Shown piece by piece: positions 38,890-52,316 of a DNA stretch of 64,000 nucleotides. The stretch is from positions 33,542,001-33,606,000 of the forward strand of contig CAIIXF020000001.1 in assembly GCA_903813345.2 (NCBI GenBank), given 5' to 3'. The notes beneath the pieces were generated by a model that saw only the letters and a program-made list of their open reading frames with translations, made no database searches and was not told the DNA's origin. This DNA is from Owenia fusiformis (lineage: Eukaryota). A program made the translations under genes and the position numbers. Each line of letters starts with the position of its first letter. Positions within the stretch are counted from its first letter, which is position 1.

Positions 38890-40959
38890 AAACTCTTTAA
38901 AGATTTAGCTGTACCTCCGCAGATTGATTATTTTAATGAAAATTTCTTTGAAAAAATGCAAACATTTATTCATGATTCTCAGAACATATCCTTAGATGAA
39001 CCAATAGATTTATTAAGTGACATTATTATAAATGGTCCTATTCAAACCTCTGAAGTTTGTATGGCTTTAAAACGTATCAATTCTAATCGATCACCAGGTA
39101 TAGATGGCATACCTTCAGATATTATCAAAATTCCGAAAGTCTTATTGTGCCCTTTACAGCACTCTTTAACGCCATCTTTGAAAAAGGGGAGTATCCAGAT
39201 AAATGGAGCATTGGAATGCTTTCACCATTATTTAAGCAAGGAAGTCGATTCTCTCCTGATAATTATAGAGGAATAAATGTGCTCGCAACTCTTGGAAATG
39301 TTTTTGACTCTGTTATTCAACATAGACTAGTTTTCAATGCAGAAATGAGCAACTCACAAGACCCTTTTCAAGGAGCTTATAAACATGACCGGCGAACTAC
39401 GGATAACATCTTTATTTTAAGGTCTCTAATAAATAAATTCAATTGACAGAAGAAAACACTCTATACATGCATGATTGATTTTAGAAAAGCTTTTGACTAT
39501 ATTGATAGAACAGTCCTCTTTTATAAACTATGCAAGTTTGGTATATTCCCAAAAACAAAAATGTTCAAAATTATTGAAAATATGCATGAAAAATCTAAAT
39601 CTTGTCTTAAGCTGCAAGATGGTATATCATCATGCTTTAATACAGATATCGGTGTAATGAAGGATGTGTATTGCGTACGTTCTTGTTCAATCACTTTATT
39701 GATGATCTGAGAAATAATCTGCCCTCAAACTCTGGAGTAAAACTTGAAAATACTTTTATAAACCATCTTCTGTAGGCGGACGACCTTGTACTAATATCTA
39801 ACTCAAGAAAAGGACTCCAAGAACAGCTTGATACACTATTTAAATATTGTACAGAATACCGTTTAATTGTGAACACAGTTAAAACCAAAACTCTGGTTTT
39901 TAATTCAAAGAATAAAGACCATGAACCGTTTATGTTTAATTATCAAACAATTGAACATTTAGTCAATGAATATAAATATCTTGGTTGTGTCTTAAGTCAT
40001 AATAACAAGTTTGATAAAAATTCCAACCATTTGAAAGAACAAGCAAGAAAAGCCTATTTCAAGATAAAACAACAATACAATAAATTTAATGATATCCTGG
40101 TTAGTATCACTTTGCATTTGTTCGATACACTTTTTCTGCCGATTCTAAATTATGGTTCTGAGATATGGCTAGATCATAAACAAATGAAGACAATTGAAAC
40201 AATCCATCTTAAGTTTTTAAAATCTGCTTTATGTGTAAAACCTCAGACATCAACACATGCCATTTATGGTGATTTAGGCCGTTATCCATTGTATATAAAA
40301 TTTGAAGTACAACTATTAAAATATTGGATTAGACTCCTGAGACTATGCCCAAGTAATATATTATCTGAAACATATAAATATGAGCTTGAGTTACACAATC
40401 TTGGGTTTCCCTCATGGGCATCCAAAGTTTTTAAAATACTTGAGAAATGTGACATGTTAGAATACTGGGACAATCAGGAAATACCTGATGAGAAAATATT
40501 TTTAAAGGATGTAAATAGCACTTTGATGAGACAGTATCGTGCCGATTGGCAAAATGCTATTTTGTGTGCACCTATACTTAGAACATATTGTAAATATAAA
40601 ACTAAATTTGAATGTGAATCATATTTAAAGTTGGACAATAGAAAGTATAGGCATTGTATTGCAAGATTTAGACTAAGTTCACACCAGTTGCATATTGAGA
40701 CTGGGAGGCATTGTAAACCTGCCCCTAAACCTCTAAATGAGAGAAAATGTTCAACATGTAATTCTATTGAAGATGAAGAACACTTTCTCATAAGATGTAA
40801 AAAATATGTAACTCATAGAGAATGTTTGTTTTCGAAATTAAAAAAAATTATTCCAAGTTTTGATTGTGATGACCCAGATATTTTTAAAAGGTTAATGGCT
40901 ACTGAACACTTGTTCAATTACACATTGGAAAATTTATATATCATGGATTCAAAATTTAA
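38890..40959 (+). pseudogene. LINE ORF2 reverse transcriptase and C-terminal zinc-knuckle region (inactivated)
   Basis: SPGIDGIP, PLFKQGSRFSPDNYRGI, IDFRKAFD, HLL*ADDLVL (YADD Tyr codon is TAG at 39773-75), YKYLG, YGDLGRYPL, RLSSHQLHIETGR, CSTC..EDEEHFLIRC. Multiple frameshifts. Confidence 0.92.
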
Positions 40960-43194
40960 GTGTATATGTTTAATAGTGTGCATCACACTGTATAATAATT
41001 ATTATTTGTAGTTAGAATAGTTGTAGTAGTAGTTTGTAGTGTTTTAGTGACTAATGTATCATGGTCAGAAACCATCAAATGCAACGATATCATGGTCGAG
41101 AGCTTTGACCATCATTATGACATTACATTTGATGGGTTCTGACCATGAAATACTGCAATACAGCAGTATTTTTTCAATGGAAAACTCCATTCTAAAAAAG
41201 CGCTGTTACCATGAAATGCAATGATGCTGTTTAACGATTACGATCGGCCATGGTATCACCATGGTATTTCATTGCATTTCATGGCAATAGACCATGTTCA
41301 TACCATGGTATACCATGACACGTTTTCTATAGCAATATGTTACAGATTTTGATATGGGACACTTGAAACATTGCAACATGGGAAACGTCTCCACTGCAAT
41401 TATTATGTTCAGCAATTAATTTGAATGTTACATTTAGATGTACAAAAGCCTCATTTTCGTGTTTACCCTGGGCTTATCCCTACACATATTTGATTGCACA
41501 TAGAGAGTCATTGGCATAGAGTTGGTCAACTGAATTAAATGCAGGTTCTAGAAATGTTGAGCTGAGACATCAAGCAAAGGTCTTCTATCATGATATTTCC
41601 ATATGGTCCTTAGAAATTATCAAATTGACAATTATCAATTTCGGATCATTAGGTTTCAGATGAATGGGATTTGTACTAATGGGATTCGGAAGATTTGGAT
41701 TTGAACCATTTAGATTCCGAAGAATGGCCAATTTGGATTTTCCATCCTAAAAGTCTGTAAAGTCTTTTTGTCCAGAAAACTAGTAACACAATGTGAGCCT
41801 AGTACCCACCTTACTATTTTTATTTATTTGTTCATTCAATCCATGCAAGAAAGTACAATTGAGAAAATACTTCAAATATAAAGATTATAATTACAAGCTT
41901 CTACTATTTTTAACTGTTTGCTCATATGCCTGATTGCCAGAGCCTTGATAAAGTTCTCTTTAAAAAAGCAAAATCAAACTACATGAAAGGATATTCAAAT
42001 AGAGGTTTATACCTCAAATGCCATTGAAGTTTAGAATTAATCTGTAAAGTTCAAGTTTGACAATTTATTTGACATTAGAGAGATAAACTCTAGCATTAAC
42101 TTCAATACCAAACTGTAAATCTGAAAATTTCTGATTCTGATAATACATGTATTTGTTGACTTTCCACTTGTATTAAAAATATTTGCATGTATAATTCACC
42201 TGTGCAGTTGTTGTCATTTTGTCTGATCTTGCTTGAAAATAAATCTAGAAATGTAATGTTAAAAAGTCAACAGCAGTTAATGCAGTTCTCTTTCATCCAG
42301 TAGCAGTTGCAAGTGTCACATTATTTTTTCAGTTCTACAAATATATGTTTAACCTACTGGTTTGAATAAAAAGGTTAATTATTCTAAACAAGTCAGCCAT
42401 CCAAGGTAACTCATGAATAGATGAATATTTTGATGGGTTTTCAGAAGTGTTGTTCAAAAGTTTTGTATAGGGATAGGAACTAGGGGACTATGCACTACTC
42501 AGCTGTTATTGTATTTACAAAGCACTTTACTCAAGTAGATTCAATGACTTTTGGCAAACTGGTTAAACAAATAACAAAGCATATCAAAGATTTACACACA
42601 AACTGTTAATGGTCAGGAATTCTGTAACTACCTCATATTCATATGCAGGGATCACACTCTGCACATATACCCTAGCTACAATGGACATTGGATCAGTGTT
42701 AATAAAATTGATATGCTGAAAGTGGAGATATTGTGAGCCAGTATAGCAGCTGATTAGCCAGAGAGAAGCCCTGTAATAAATAGTAATAAGAAAGGTGAAG
42801 GTGATCTGTATGTGGATTGAATCAAGTAGATTTAAGTGAATCTTTATGAGGAAACCTATTACATTAACACTTGCACTTGATTTCTAGCACAGTCTCAATG
42901 CATATTATTGTTAGGAATGGGAATTAATAATAATTATAGCAATTATTATCTTTATTCAATAGTTTCTGATTAGATTACCCAATATTTGCTAGGAACAATC
43001 TCAGAAAACCTAGCATTAAAGAATATTACATGTTTGAAATGAGCTGGTTATCCATGAACAGAACTTACGTCCACTTACATTGCTAATCTCAACTTATAAC
43101 AACTTGCTCATATAGTTAGCTGAAATGCACTGGAACACAACAATATTCCTAAGACAATTAACAGGACTCTAGATATACTGGAGTAAGCATCAAA

Positions 43195-43337
43195 ATGAAT
43201 AGACACAAGAAACTTGTTGGCCCTGTGGAAAAACTTGTTATAAGTGAGCGTCCAGCACGCAGGAAGGGAATAAGTTTCTCTGGTGTGCCAGGGCGGCGAC
43301 CAACTTTTCTCAACAACTATAGCTATGCTGGAAGGCC
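43195..43337 (+). CDS. Probable alternative first coding exon of the PDE4 gene
   Basis: caaaATG with an in-frame stop upstream; encodes MNRHKKLVGPVEKLVISERPARRKGISFSGVPGRRPTFLNNYSYAGR(P). Ends in phase 2 at a gtaagt donor, the same phase as the UCR1 exon donor. Locally GC-richer, non-repetitive sequence. Confidence 0.6.
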
Positions 43338-45469
43338 GTAAGTTTGAATTTGTTCTTATGTATTTACTTTGCAATAATCAAATTAAATTTGCTTGTTGCA
43401 TTTGCTCATGGATTAACTTCCCCTATTAGTCCATAAAAAGTATATTTATGTGAAAGGAGTGGTATCGATATGGTCAACTTTTTGAACACATGTTTCTCTT
43501 AAACCAGTCATAAAAAAATCTAAAAAGGATGGGTGTCATTAAGAGCCCTTTTTAGCCCCCAAAGATATCTGATAATAATGCATATCATATTGAAGAAAAA
43601 TCATTTGTGCTTTATAAAAATACAATTTCAGTGAATTTTGACCTTTGATGTTCACACAACAGTCATTTAAAGATCATATACCATTTTTGGTGTTTTTACA
43701 AAAAATTCTTTATTTATTGTTGTCTAAGTCAATAGTATGTAAATATTAACCAATTTATATATATTAAAATGTAATATATGAAATACTGAAGAAAAGATAC
43801 AATTAAAATTATTTTCATGGAAAGCACATAGGGCAATATTGACAAAATGCAAATGCTATTTTGGTAGGTTCTGGGCTAGCAATGGGTACATTTCAACTGT
43901 GACTGTAATGGATTACTATTCACTTTTATCACATAACAGGGCAACATTTAAGCAACTTAAATATAAGGAAAATCAAAGATTTCCTCTCATTTCTAAAACG
44001 AGGAACAAAAGCATGAATTCAAGGAAAATAAGTGATGGCCTGTGGCAATTATATAACATATGAGAACGTTGTGGCACAGTAAAGGATATGTATAGGATAT
44101 CATATGATTTTAAATGATTTTATCTTTATCTCCGAGTTGATATCAATATATTGCCAAGTTAGCATAGCGAATTAGCGCAGATATTGATATCAATGAGTTG
44201 GATTAACACAATATCACGAAAATGCATAGGATGTTCTATTTTTCCCACAGTTCACCTCTAAAACTAAACAAAGCATATCAAAACAACATCCATTCATTCA
44301 TTCATCCCCGTGATGTCATGAAATCACGATGTAACAAAACACATCATATTGGTGGTAGTTTCCAAATCCCTGCCAAAAGGTGATATCTGTGAAATATTTT
44401 CCGTATTCCACAGATATCACTTTTTCCACGCATTTGCAAAATATCATAAATATGTTTTTATGTTACCTAACAGAGCGGAACAGAGTTCAACTATGGGATA
44501 AAGAATAAAAAATAGGTACATAGTTGAATTACCACTCCAAAAATATTAAATATGAGGGTTTAAAGAAAGAATATTGAATATGAATATATTGAATATTGAA
44601 TATGACAAGTGGCCTCATGTCTCACGTTACCCAAACCCCAGATCCTTGATGTCATATATACTTGTATACTGTATATCAATGTTATTTACTGGGAGGATTA
44701 AATATGGAGTGTATAGCAATGGTCAATACGATATTTCCAGATGGATATTTTTCCCTAGAAGCGGAACCCAAACTCAGTCATGACATAGAAGCTAACTTTT
44801 GCAATTAATAGAAACTTGTTTTTTATTATATTTTTGTGTTCTATATTTGAGATGAAATAATATGAGATTCATTTCTACAAGAGGATGGAACGAATGTGAA
44901 CTTGTATATTGAACTATACTCCTTTTCTGATTAAACAGAACAACATTTTATCCAAGCCAATTAAGAAAACCAAGGCCAATGAGGGTAATTTATGCCCAGT
45001 TAAACTAACACAATAACAACTTTTTGTCTGGACTCACTTATTATGTAAGAATGAATTGTATTACTGTTTACTGCATTAAATGTCAAGTATACTATCTGTA
45101 TTTAATTTCAAATGCCTATCTCACTTATCGAAGGTATACAAGAAATGTTATTTTGAAACAAATTCAGCACAACCAAAACCATGTCCACATAATATGACAA
45201 ATCCAAGATGGCTGCCACAATTTTAGATCCATGCACATGTGAAGAAGTTAGAAATACACATGGTCCACAAGTTCCATCCCTAATAAAATGGGAAGTTTAA
45301 GGTTTTCACACATATCAACTCTATTCCTATATACTTTATATTTGTGGTAAGGCTTGTGATCTAGGTAAACTTAGCATGTTCATGTACCTCCTATCTTCTG
45401 AAGCTAAAAACGGAAATAGTGACTTCAATTGAGAAAAATGAATCTTATGGGCTCAAAGTCATCACCATC

Positions 45470-47770
45470 AATCTACCTTTAGTAATAGAAAAGAAAAGTC
45501 CGAAAGCTCTTTGGAAATATAAACACTTCCGGTAAATATTCTGACATTTATCCTTCAAACTGTGACATTTATGCTTATATTTCGACATATATATGATTCT
45601 TACATACCAATACGATCAAAAAGGTTACTAACATACCAAATGAAAGGTGATTTCCTGGTCAAACTTGCAAAAGTTGGTCCAAACTCACACTCGATCCCTC
45701 CACTCCCTCCAATACGCATGTGCAGCGATGTTAAAAATAAGGCAGTGACTGGAAAGCCTACATTTTAAGGTTCTTTAGCACTTCGGCCAAAGATCCTTAA
45801 AGGTAATGTATGTACAAGCCACTCTAGTATATTTAAATGGTATAGAGATAATATGTTATGAAGCATCAGATTTTGGATAATATGTACAAATAAAAGAAAA
45901 TTGTTTCTACAGTATAATGGTAAGGATATTTCATGTGCAACTTGGATTAGAGCATTTAAGTGCAAAGTAGATACCAAACTCTTAATTATTCATTGGAAAA
46001 CATTACACAATGTATATCCATGTAATGAGATTTTAAATGGTTTTAGAATAAGAGATATTTCTTGTAATTTCTAAATTGTAATGTAATTGACAATGTTAAA
46101 CATAATTTTTATGAGTGTACAAAAATAAGGGATACATGTATATGGAATTTTTTTGATAATATCACTTTTGAACAAATTATAGGAATAAATAAGTATAAGA
46201 ATTATAAAGAAGTTTTAATAACCAGGAGGGAAATACAAATTTTCAACAGAGACAAAACTGGAAGTATACATGCATATTTTGAAAATGAAAAACTGTACAG
46301 AAATTAAACAATGTAACTGGGTCTATGTATAATTATATTATTTACATATGTTTTATTATTGAAATATAGATTTTACAAAAAGAAAACACACTCTAGTTTT
46401 GTGGTTATGGCGTTCGCCTAATACTCCCACGGCGCAGGTTCGATTCCATGTTGGTACAATTTTTTTCATCATGAAGTTTGTTCTCTGAGGTCCGGATATT
46501 ATGTACACAATTTTTTAAAAATTCATAGGCTCGCTCCAACGCTCAACCATCCATGTTTAATGAAATTAATCACTTGTATTGGCTTTACTATATTCACAAG
46601 CTTACTGCATACGGGGAATCCCATTTGAAGGTGGCAAAAAGTATGAAGGAGACTTTGAGATGAAGAAAATGATCTTGTTGAATTCTAGATACAGCACATC
46701 ATGATGCAGTTTATCGGGAATGTAGGGACATCAGCCCAGGGACATCAGAGAATACACTTCCAAATCTATTGCCTATTAGATTCCCATGCCGATTTTTAGG
46801 ATTTTCAAATGACAAGAGGCACAAAATATTTTTTCAATTTTTTGCAAAAACTTCCCCTTCAAAAGTCCTTCATTTGTATCAACGTTTTTTTAGGCTAGCC
46901 TCCAATTGGGCATCACTAAATGTGACCTCAACACCATTCTCCCAAGGGCCTATTCTAAACATCAAAATCTTTACTGATTAGTAAAATTGAACAAGTATAT
47001 GACTGCTCCAAGTTGCCGCACCACGAAGGTTACTGAACCTTTAAAAAGCCAAATTTAGACTGAGGATTGAAAAGGTTCTAAGAACTTTTTTTCGGTAGAC
47101 CGGAAGTAAATTTACGAGTCGAGTAAAAAGTGATAATGTTCTTTTTATGAAGTGGGGAAGTCAAAACAGTTCTTATAGGAAGTCAAAGTAAGCATTCAAG
47201 GATCATTTAGAAGCATTTAAAATCAAATCCACTGCAAAAGTGAAATGAATAAAATCGTTGTATGTTTCCTTCTTCGTTTTCTTCGCGGACCTCAGAGAAG
47301 ACACTTCCGGTTTAATAATCGGTGAGTTTATCGATCAAAAAATATATTTTTATGAATATCTCCGGTATCTGCTTAAATATAGTATGTTAATTTGTGTTGA
47401 TTGTTAAATTACAAAACAGGTTGAGTAAAAATATGTCAAAATCGTTTGATCTTGTCCCAGAAGCAATATTTTGTCATTTCCGTCACTTAGAATTCCTTTT
47501 AAGGCTGGCTCTCTAGCAAAATTGGCAATCAAAATGCTAAAGACCCTATTTAAGGCTTTCTGGCCGAAATGCCAAAGAACCTTAAATTTTAAGGCTCTTT
47601 AGCCAAATGGGTTACCAAAATGCTAAAGAGCCTAAAATTTTAGGCTCTCCAGTCACTGCCTTATTTTTTACATCGGGCTGCGCATGCGTATTGGAGAGAG
47701 TGGATGGATCGGTAAATATCGTGACAAACAGCTTTTGAACATCTCTCTTCTATTACTAAAGGTAAAGTAT
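45470..47770. mobile_element. Inverted-repeat element containing a Kolobok-like insertion (~45799-47498)
   Basis: 45690-45780 is the reverse complement of ~47620-47712. The inner element is bounded by TTAA with degenerate TIRs AGGTAATGTATGTAC / GTCACTTAGAATTCCT. Confidence 0.5.
45860..46200 (+). pseudogene. L1/Tx1-like LINE ORF2 C-terminal zinc-binding remnant
   Basis: CKVDTKLLIIHWKTLHNVYPCNEIL... / CNVIDNVKHNFYECTKIR across a frameshift. Confidence 0.6.
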
Positions 47771-49698
47771 ACCATTGATAGTGCTGACTGTGTATGGGCT
47801 CCATATACATTTTGAGTGGCTGTCCGGCTTAAGTTAGATACTACTGATAATCTGAGATTGAAAATTATGTCAAGTTTAGTCCTCAGCCTCTCATAACAGA
47901 TAACTTCGAGGTAATTGTGTTGTTACTGCAAAAACCTCTATTTCTTCATCACAAATCTACCATCTTTTGCATCTGTCAAAACCCCTCATTTCATTATAAT
48001 TTTCAGACTTTTGCTTGTGCCATCATTAAATATATATATTCAACTTGTTATTTACAGAATATTTTAAGAACTTTTCATGAATTTTTTTATTTTCACACTT
48101 TTGAAAAAATGACTAAGTCAGAGAATGGCCTCTTAATGGCATGTCCCCTTTAACACAACGTCAATTAAATGGTCATCTTTTGAATGGTAACAATATAATT
48201 TGAAAAATATATATATACTTTCATCTATATTGTTTTAGAAAACACATCAAACACTTGTTTTGTTCTTGGTATCATGTTTCCAGAGTGAAATGAAATATCT
48301 CTCCGAACCTCATTGGAACAAAACGACATAAACATAACATGTTTAGGTCTCTCAATATTGTAATTGTACAAGGGAAATTTTGGTTAATTTTAAAAAAGTA
48401 TCTTGTTAATGAAATAAAAGGTTTATCTTGATTTTTATCTATTTTGGGGGGATTTTGTTTTAATTTTTTGAATACTTTTTTTAAAATCAATCCTTTGTAT
48501 AACTATAATATTGAGAGGTCTAAAACATGTTGTATATGCTATTTTGTTCCAACAAGGTTCGGAAAGACATTTTATTTCATTTACAAAAATTGGTAGAAAA
48601 ATTGAGCAAACACAATTGCACTAAAAAAACAAAAAATGTTAACAAAAACAGTTATATAAAATATTTCTAAATAATTTTTGCATTAAATTGTTGTCAATCA
48701 GTCAACATTACATAAAATACCGTGTTTTTTTACAGAATGTTTTCAATAATTGGTTTAAGAGAAAAACATTGTTGAATTCAGTTCACCATCTCGATACCTA
48801 TCCTTTCAAGCTGTTTTATATTAGTGATTTATTTGGTAAGGCTATGCCCAAACATATAGGTTTTGTCATTTATCATCATGAATACAAGATAATTCTGTGA
48901 AGGTTCACCTTTATATACGTCATAATATTTTTGCATTGATAACTTACTGGGTCTCTGGACAATCCACTAAAATATCCATAACTGTTTTTACATGTATCTC
49001 ATACATCCTCCTTTTAATCTAATCGTTTCACTTCATAATCAACTGAATTATTCATTGTGGATGTAGGTTTTATTTTTCTTTGCATACTTAAGAAAAGATA
49101 CGAATTAACTACTATCAAGTTGTTATATTTTTATGGAAGAGTAACAGATATTAAATGTTGCTCTTGATGTAAGTAGGTGTCAAGTGATACTTCTCTGTGA
49201 ACTATTTAGTTTTATAATTTACTAGTATATGGTTAACATTCCCTACCTACCAGAACTCTGTATATCTGAACACCTGGCTAATCCGAACACCTTCCAATTT
49301 GAACACTTTTTTCGGTCCCATTTTTTCCTCCCATTGACTCCCATGTTAAAAAAACCTTGAAATCTGAACACCTCCTAATCTGAACAGTGAACAACCAGAT
49401 TTGAAAAACTGACCTGTCTAATCTGAACATTTTATCAGAAATCAAATGTCTGGACATTTCAATAATAGCCACATATTGAGTCAATGTTATAGTTCTTATT
49501 AGACTCCAGATTGAAAATCTGGAGTCTATTGCTTTTGCCGGTTTTCTTATTATTAGACTCCAGATTGAAAATCTGGAGTCTATTGCTTTTGCCAGTTTTC
49601 CTATTATTATTCTTTCTTTCCGAACACTTTTTCTCAGCAACTAGAAGAGCTTACTTAAATCTACTTACATGGTCAGTTAGGGTATGTGACCTAGTTTA

Positions 49699-49998
49699 GA
49701 TAAACGAGATGATTTCAACTTTGATATTGTGAATTTTCCCCATTTAGACAGTAATATTCCATTAAATCCAGCATATGGGGTCTATGTATCCCAGCTTATT
49801 AGATATGGCAGGGCATGCTCTAAATATTTAGATTTTAAGTCAAGACACAATACTTTAGTGATCAAACTGTTAGGTCAAGGTTATAATTCTATAAAGCTTA
49901 AGAAATTCTTTCTGGGCTTTGCGGAAAAATACAAATCATTAATTTCGAAGTTTCAAGTTTTACCACTTGAGATGCTGAAGGATTCGGGAATTGTTTAA
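49699..49998 (+). pseudogene. Penelope-like element (Naiad/Chlamys-type) RT C-terminal fragment
   Basis: DKRDDFNFDIVNFPHLDSNIPLNPAYGVYVSQLIRYGRACSKYLDF...KLLGQGY, with a stop directly after the thumb region (no C-terminal GIY-YIG). Its 5' junction interrupts a repeat whose intact form is at ~55090-55190. Confidence 0.75.
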
Positions 49999-51937
49999 GA
50001 CATTGGCAATGAACTCACAATACTTTCACTTGGCACCTTTTTAGGTGGATCCTGGCTATGGCATTAATGGTTGAGAAATAGGGATCGAAACCAGCCATAG
50101 TTTTCTCCTGATGACCATTGTGAATTATTGTGTTTTATGGATTATGGCGACGGCTTTTGTGAATGGATGTTGACCCTTTGAAATGCCTATGGACTTGGAG
50201 ACTGGATTTAATCTATCCCACATCATTTGAGACTGAATGCTCTATCTTGTATGAGTACTTGTATCTACAACAATTTTTGAGGTTATGAGTATTGGCTTTC
50301 AATTGGCTATCAATTTCTAATTTTTTCTTCAACATGTATTGTAATGACTTCAGTATGAATGAAATGCCCCTTGGTCTTCTGGTCTTGGATTGTGATATTG
50401 ATTCTTGAATGGTGGGGGAAAGGGGGTATTAGACATTGTTTCTTTTCACGTTAGATCATGGTTTTTGGCTATATAGGGTTTGTTTTTCTTAACTGGTATG
50501 CACTTAGAGTTTGCTTTTTCTTGTTAAGTTCCATTACAACTTTTGGTCCTTTCCCTTTTGGCACTAGTGCTTATATATTTAATTATATTCCTCGAAATTG
50601 TGTATACATGTAGCCAAGAGTGTGCTAATAGCGTTAGCCTTTTGCCGTCAGAAAGTATTTTGACCCACTTTTGAGATATGGTGTCCGAAATGTAGGTCAA
50701 AATAAAAAGTTCTCCAAATTTAACGTTTGAGTTATGAATTAAGAATAGAATTTTCTCAGAAATCCGAATCTGCAAACTAAATTTCAATCTGACTTCCGGT
50801 TCCGAAGTTATGGCGTGTCCGAAAAGTAGGTCAAAATAAAAATTGCCAAATTTAACGTATGAGTTATGAATTAGAGGTAGAATTTAGTCAGGAATCTGAA
50901 TCTGCAAATCAAATTTCGATCCGACTTCCAGTTCTGAAGTTATGGCGTTTTGAAAGAGCGAGGGAAAGTATCGCAACAGATTTTTGACAGTAAATAATTT
51001 TTTTCTAGTAGTTTCTGGCTGTACAAAAATGAATGCATATGAAAGGCCAATGTATAATCTTTAAGAAAAATTCAAAGAATGGTTTCAAGATCAATTGGAT
51101 TATCTCATAAGCCATGTTTAATCCACCCATCAACAAGCTTTTTTTCAAAATACAATCGTCATTTTCACCATCGTCCCTCATTTTCTTTTACAATTTTCAT
51201 GCAAAGTTACATTGTACTTGAACACATTTTTCATCACTTAAAATATATAAGGAACTCCTCGTGGATTAGGATTATCATAATCCACTATAAGGGGATCCAA
51301 TGGGGCTATGCTTTTAGTACAGCACACTCATATAAGATGTCATTAGTGTGCCATAAAGTTAGTTCAAAATGTTTTCATAAATGAATGGTTGGACTTGTTT
51401 GATCCCCTGCTGTTTGATCCCCTGTTTAATCAATGGAGCATAACCGCAGCATTTCCCAAAAAATTCTGAATACCTGTCATGTTGACTGTTTAATGTTTGA
51501 GTGCAGTTAAACCTGTGTGTGTGTGTAAGTTGCTAAGAAATTCTAAATACCTCTCTTTATGATAATTTCTATGATGCCTTATTATAGCATTTACTTTGAA
51601 CAGGTTTTCTGTATCTTGTTTATCAGTAATGATTCACGAGGTACAGTGCTATTAAAATCATAAATACAGTACAAGAATTTAGTACATCATACCTTTGCCA
51701 ATAATTTTAGTAAGACAAATATTTTGATCCAGCTTCTGAAAAAACATTGAACATGTTTCTATATGATGATGTGTTATAACACACTTCCTTATTTGAGTTT
51801 ATCTCCAGATTGATTATTCAAATAATGAAATGAAGGATGATATGCTAAGAATAATTTTTGCATATTCATCAATTCAAGAAATGTTATCCTAAGAAAATGT
51901 TATGAGTAACATACACTCTTACCTTAATGATAACATT

Positions 51938-52062
51938 AGAGAGATTAAGCTTGCATATAAAATCGAAACGCCAACCTATGACCAATCGCCCATACAAATG
52001 CATCGCTAAATATTTTCCATTCACATTTAGGTTGTGAAAAACATTGCAAGCTTAAAGTCCCT
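51938..52062. mobile_element. Small Harbinger-like MITE
   Basis: Imperfect TIRs AGAGAGATTAAGCTTGCA / TGCAAGCTTAAAGTCCCT; 3-bp TSD ATT. Confidence 0.6.
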
Positions 52063-52316
52063 ATTGAGAGTCTCTGAAAACCACAATCAATACCATTGAG
52101 TGTGTGGTGTATACTACCTTTATCATTATTTCTAAGATTTACAATAACATCTTTTTAGCAAAATGTCCGATTTTCTTCCATATTAATGTGAACAAATATA
52201 AACAAACATAGAATGATTCTATTGGTTGAGTCAACAATTTCAGTTATTAGGGAGGTTAAGATCGCACTATTTTGATGAACGTACACATGGAATGTGTAAA
52301 CTTATGGTCCCCTATT

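Larger units (their letters stand above)
28568..41040 (+). mobile_element. Decayed non-LTR retrotransposon (RTEX-like; esterase ORF1 + APE/RT ORF2) split by four insertions
   Basis: Colinear segments: ORF1 28568-29416; APE 29650-29891, 33958-34350, 35270-35295, 37213-37850; RT and C-terminus 38890-40959. The 5' end and TSD were not found. Confidence 0.88.

Noticed and set aside
50085..50115. Hammerhead ribozyme (GAAA and CTGATGA present) after the Penelope-like fragment
   Set aside because: I could not form stems I and II around the core motifs.
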